Shown piece by piece: positions 59,351-64,000 of a stretch of 64,000 nucleotides of DNA. Under the pieces are notes generated by a model, which worked only from the letters and a program-made list of their open reading frames with translations, was not told the DNA's origin and searched no databases. Source of the stretch: an uncultured Acidobacteriota bacterium (GTDB taxonomy: Bacteria; Acidobacteriota; Terriglobia; UBA7540). A program made the position numbers and the translations under genes. The DNA lies in contig CAWDSK010000006.1 in the NCBI GenBank assembly GCA_963804995.1, forward strand, positions 1,120,001 to 1,184,000, given 5' to 3'. The stretch's first letter is position 1. Every line of letters begins with the position of its first letter.

Positions 59351-62300
59351 CTAGAACGTGCGCTCCACCGTAAATCCCACCCGTCCCTTGATGTCCCGTA
59401 TCTGGAATTTTCGGAAGTTCTGCAGGGCATCCAGGTATGTGGCAGGGTTCGGGAAGAGGGACTCCGGCGGCAGATTCTGGGGCGGTGTAATCGTGTTCTC
59501 CATCCGCAGCCAATTGTAGCCGTAGTAAATATGAACCGGCATGTTGACCATGGGAAGGATGACCGCTAGATCGAGACCGGTAGAGCTGCGCGGGCGGAAA
59601 CTGGTCAGGCCGATGGGCTTCAATTGTTTAGGAATGGGAAAATATGGAAACTGGCTCGAAATTGAGCTTAGGGCATTCGGCGTAAGTTTGAGTTGGTTCG
59701 GCCACAACACACCCGTAGCTCCAGCATCGAGGAAAGCAGCCAGGGTGACAGGTCCCATGATGGGAACTCGATACTCGAAGTTGGTGACAACTTCGGTATC
59801 ACCGCCCGGGAAGATCGGCGCATTTATGGGGAAGCGGGTGGAGGACCCGCAGGCCCCGGTGGGCCTGCCATTGCTATCGGTCGCGATAATCGGGTTGCCG
59901 GCATTGTCACGGTTGCACACCGACGACATCGTGGGATAAAACGCCACGGGGCTCAAAGTGCGGATGTTAAAGCCGCGGATATCCTGCTCACCTCCGATAT
60001 AGAATCGGGAAAAGGGTGGAATAACCCGGCCACTAAAACCTGTCGTGGAAGACACCAGAAGACGCATGCCGATCGCGGTCGGCTTATCGGAGCGCACGTG
60101 CCGCACAGGATGGAAATACTTGGCCTCAATCACTGGCCGGATTGTATCGACGTTGCCCCCAATGACACTTCCGGAGAAGGAAAGACCCCCATAAAGATAC
60201 TTGCCGCTGGTGGGATTCCAGACACTGTTGACGGTGTTGTAGAGGTAGGTCAGCATGACGGAGCTGGAATTAATCCCCGTCAAGGCGCTAGGGCCTGTCA
60301 AGCCGTTAAAATTGATAGCCTCAAAATAAGCCTGGGAGGCCGCGCTGAAGGCCTGCATGCTGCTATGTGTGTAGCTGTAGGTCAGACCCACGCGCGCAAA
60401 AACACGATGCAACGGGTAGCTGGCAAAAACCGTGAAGCCGTCAGAATTCTGGGTAAAGTTTTGGCCATAGAGTTGGCCGTAGGACGATTGCGCGAGCGCG
60501 TTGGGATTGATCCCCGAGTAAACGGCGAGCTGCCGCAACTGGTTGTAATTGTAGTCGCTCTTGAAAAGCGTAAAGCCCGAGGATATCGGACGGTCAAAGA
60601 GATAAGGCTCCGTGAATCCGAAAGAATACATCTTCTGGAAAGTGCCCCACTGGAACTGCAGGCTGAGCGTTTCGCCGAGGCCCAGGAAGTTGTTGGTGGC
60701 GTAATTGAAACCCACAAAGTTGCCCGCCAGGCCGCTGACGCCACCCGAAAACCCGATGGAGTTTTTTCCCTTCTCCTTGACCTTCACCAGCACGTCGACG
60801 GTGCTGTCTTTAGCGTTCTGCTTGATTTCGTAATCGTCTTTCTTGACCTCGTCGAAAAAGCCCAACTGGTTCACACGCAGCACACTCAAATCCCAATACT
60901 GGGAGCTGAAGACGCTGCCTTCCGAGACGAGCAATTCCCGCCGGATAATCTTGTCGCGCGTTTTAGTGTTTCCCGAGAACTCAATGCGGTGAACCGTGAA
61001 CTGTTTATCTTCCTCAAAATCCAGCGCCAGGTTGATGAGCTTGCGTTTGTTGTCAGGCTCAATATCCGGGGTCGCCGTGAAGTTAATATACCCGTAGTTG
61101 CCGTACAACTTGGTGTAATTTTCCGTGGCCTTACGCACTTTACCGAGCGCGAAGAGATCCCCGGGCTTGATGCCTAAGATGGGAGCCAAATTCTCCGTCT
61201 TGAAAAGCTTGTTGCCGCGTATCACGAACTTCCCCAAACGGTACTGAACCCCTTCCTCAACGGCAATTTTCAGGTCCACACGCTTGCCGCGGCCCCAGCT
61301 CCAGAAGAAGAACGGCCAACGTCGCCCGGTGTCGACCATCTTGGTCTCGGGTTCCTTGGGCAGAGCGTAAAAGTAGCCGTGGTCGCGGTAAAGGTCGCGA
61401 ATGTTTTCGAGGTCGGCGCCAATGCGCTCCTTATCGTAGGTCTTGTGAAACCAGTAGAACCACGGCGGCGCACCCGCGGGGCGCGAATACTTCATGGCGC
61501 GCTCAGTTGGCGGTCTGTATATACCGTGTTGCCTTCAAACCGCACATTTCCGACTTTCACCTTGGGCCCTTCAACCACGATAAAAGTCAGCGCCACGGAA
61601 TTGGGAGGAATGTTCCGGGTACGGTGGCGCACGGTGGCAAACATCTTGCCGTGCGCGGCCAGCAGCCCCTGCAATACCACTTCGGCATGCTTGATCGTCA
61701 CGGGGTCATACTGGGATTGAATGGAGAGCCCAACTTTCTGCTTCTTAAACTCGTCCAGGACGTCGGATTGTTGGACGGTGCTCAGCCCCTTGTAGTCGAT
61801 GCTGCGGACCAGTTTCTTCTCGCGCACGTAAAAAGTAATGATCTTATTGCCGTCGGGGGCGTCTGCGACTTCCAGGCGAATGTCATCGAAGAAGCCGGTG
61901 TTCCACAACGCCATGAAGTCGCGGTCCAGGGCGCTTTCATCATAGATGTCACCCGCGTGGGTGAAGATGCGCGCGCGCAAGGTGGCGGCAGGAATGCGCC
62001 GATTGCCACGAAAGATGGGAGCCCCTTCGATGGTCGGCTTGTGTTCCTCCGCCGGTGGCTGGGCAGGCGCCACGGGAGTTTCCAGCTTCTGGCCACCTGC
62101 GGGTTCGGTCTTGGGGGTTTCCAGTTCCAGTTTCTGGGGCGGCGTCTGAGGCTGACCAGCGGGTTTGGCCGGTGGAGCTTGGGGCGCTTCGGGGGATTCC
62201 AGCTTGAGCTGCCCTGGGGCGGGCGCGGGCTCCTCCGTTTTCTTTTCCGGCGGCTTTTGCGGAGTGGACTCCTTCTTCTCGGGGGGGGATGGAGGATTCG

Positions 62301-62433
62301 TCGTTTTCTGGTCCGCGGGAGGGTTCTGAGCGGCAATCAGAAGAGGCGACAACAAAATCAACGCCAGGGTGAGAAGACTCAGCCTGCACGGCTTCCATCG
62401 AAGTCGAGGCACACGCAAACTCGTATTTTTCAA
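59351..62433 (-). CDS. bamA: Outer membrane assembly factor BamA, split by a 1-nt frameshift at ~61500
   Basis: POTRA domains (GNRRIP, GNTKTRDKIIRRE), NFLGLGE, IRGF motif; ORFs 61492-62433 and 59351-61495 join as DRQL-x-RAMKY. Confidence 0.92.
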
Positions 62434-62618
62434 GAGACCGCGTTCCCCCCCTCAAACCTGCGAAAACCAAGACAATCCGATGCTAAGATTCCGCCAGAAG
62501 TTGGCCGGAATGGTTTTTAAACCAGAAAGCCTTGTTTCGTCTCCCGAAGATTCCGGCTCGCAGGAGTCGAGCCTGTGGATTGTCCGCTTAACGGCCGGGG
62601 TAACCTTGGCGACTCGCC

Positions 62619-64000
62619 CTAGTGGGAGAGCGGTGTGGCACCGACCAGTTTGTCGTTTACTGAACGATAGTAAAGCGCCTCGTTCTCGACGATAACTTCC
62701 AAGACCGCCGGAGGGTGAATCTCACCCTGGATTAACGCCTCCGAGAGCGGATCTTCAACGTACTTCTGTAAAGCACGGCGCAAGGGCCGCGCGCCATAGG
62801 AGCGATCGGCGCAGGTCTTGTCCAGAATCCATCTGCCGGCTTCGGGCGACAGCGTCAGTGAGATGTTTTTCTGCGTAAGGTTCTGGTTCATCTGCCCGAC
62901 CAACAACTCCAGGATCTGGATCAGATCACTCTCCGACAGGGCATTGAAGACGATGGTTTCATCCAGGCGGTTCAAGAACTCAGGATTGAACAGCCGCTTC
63001 ACCTCGCTCATCACCAACTCTTCGGCTTTCTTTTCGCTGGTGCCTTCGACGCCCGACTGAAATCCCATGTGAGACTGACGCTCCAGGTAACGCGCGCCGA
63101 TGTTGGAGGTCATGATGATGATGGCGTTCTTGAAATCCACAGTATTGCCGAGGCCGTCCGTTAGCTGGCCATCCTCAAAAACCTGGAGGAGAATATTAAA
63201 TAGATCCGGGTGAGCTTTTTCAATCTCATCGAGCAGGATCACAGAGTAGGGGGCGCGACGCACCCGCTCGGTTAACTGGCCTCCCTCTTCGTAACCCACG
63301 TAACCCGGGGGCGAACCGATGAGTTTCGAGACCGAGTGCTTTTCCATGAACTCCGACATATCGAAGCGCACCAGGGCGCGCTCCGAGCCGAACAGGAAGG
63401 CGGCCAGCGAGCGGGCCATTTCCGTTTTGCCCACTCCCGTCGGCCCTAGAAACAGGAAAGAACCCACGGGCCGGCCCGGCAATTTCAAGCCCGCACGGGA
63501 GCGGCGAATGGCTCGCGCCAAGGCGGAAATCGCGCGGTCCTGGCTGATGATACGCTTGTGCAGTTCTTCTTCAATGCGCAGAAGCTTGGAGCCTTCTTCT
63601 TCCTTGATGGAGGTGACGGGCACGCCGGTCCAGCGCGCCACTATTTCCTCGATGTCTTCACGGGTTACCACACCCATCGCGGTCTCGTCAATGTTGTACT
63701 TTTCGCGGAGCAGGCGCAGGTTTTCGCGCTCCTTGCGCTCCTCGTCGGAGTAGAAACGCGCTTTTTCGAATTCGTGGTTGGCGATGGCGTTTTCCATGCG
63801 ATGCACCACGAACTTGATGCGTTTCTGCACGTCGATCATTTCCTCGGGCAAGGAACTCTGCCGCAGCTTCACGCGCGCGCCCGCTTCGTCGACCAGGTCA
63901 ACCGCCTTGTCGGGGAGGAAGCGATCCGGGATGTAGCGATTGGAATGGTACACGGCGGCATTCAAGGCCTCGTCAGTATACGTCACCGCATGGAATTTCT
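62619..64000 (-). CDS. clpC: ATP-dependent Clp protease ATP-binding subunit (ClpC-type), 5' end outside the window
   Basis: DRFLPDKAVDL, UVR middle domain, GPTGVGKT, DMSEFMEKHSVSKLIGSPPGYVG, LLDEIEKAH, YGARPLRR. Confidence 0.93.
   Translation of the reverse strand, partial: KFHAVTYTDEALNAAVYHSNRYIPDRFLPDKAVDLVDEAGARVKLRQSSLPEEMIDVQKRIKFVVHRMENAIANHEFEKARFYSDEERKERENLRLLREKYNIDETAMGVVTREDIEEIVARWTGVPVTSIKEEEGSKLLRIEEELHKRIISQDRAISALARAIRRSRAGLKLPGRPVGSFLFLGPTGVGKTEMARSLAAFLFGSERALVRFDMSEFMEKHSVSKLIGSPPGYVGYEEGGQLTERVRRAPYSVILLDEIEKAHPDLFNILLQVFEDGQLTDGLGNTVDFKNAIIIMTSNIGARYLERQSHMGFQSGVEGTSEKKAEELVMSEVKRLFNPEFLNRLDETIVFNALSESDLIQILELLVGQMNQNLTQKNISLTLSPEAGRWILDKTCADRSYGARPLRRALQKYVEDPLSEALIQGEIHPPAVLEVIVENEALYYRSVNDKLVGATPLSH

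Noticed and set aside
61492..61510. Programmed frameshift or true two-gene split of bamA
   Set aside because: No slippery sequence, the break falls inside a POTRA domain, and the second part has no signal peptide; a sequencing error is more likely
59693..62520. Long antisense or alternative-frame ORFs (59693-61177, 61507-62520; also 13580-14842, 20125-21282, 52259-53158)
   Set aside because: Shadows of real genes, expected in high-GC DNA

Overview
GC-rich bacterial DNA. The gene content (Oar-type TonB-dependent receptor, Acidobacteria-type VWA protein, BamA-Skp-ClpC block, many Tat-exported sugar enzymes) points to Acidobacteriota, probably Terriglobia; this taxonomy is an inference. Core and metabolic genes alternate with accessory stretches. 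These hold three type II toxin-antitoxin pairs, three IS elements whose ends I could delimit (IS4, IS1634, IS1595), a complete group II intron and at least five families of REP-like palindromes. Main leads: (1) a 2.3 kb IS1595-family element with 23-bp TIRs and an 8-bp TSD that carries a proteasome-beta-like (Thr1 Ntn-fold) passenger gene with a Zn ribbon, with a promoter built into each TIR; (2) six fixed-spacing sigma-28-like promoter repeats in a gene-free region (54.8-56.1 kb); (3) a group II intron inserted exactly into a REP-like palindrome, with a matching EBS1-IBS1 pair; (4) an uncharacterised ~95-aa domain present alone behind the cold-shock gene and also fused to a pseudo-receiver domain near an XRE regulator. 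Single-base frameshifts in bamA, the intron RT and the IS1634 transposase are most likely consensus or sequencing errors. All family calls come from reading motifs by eye, with no database searches. I found no CRISPR array, tRNA or rRNA.
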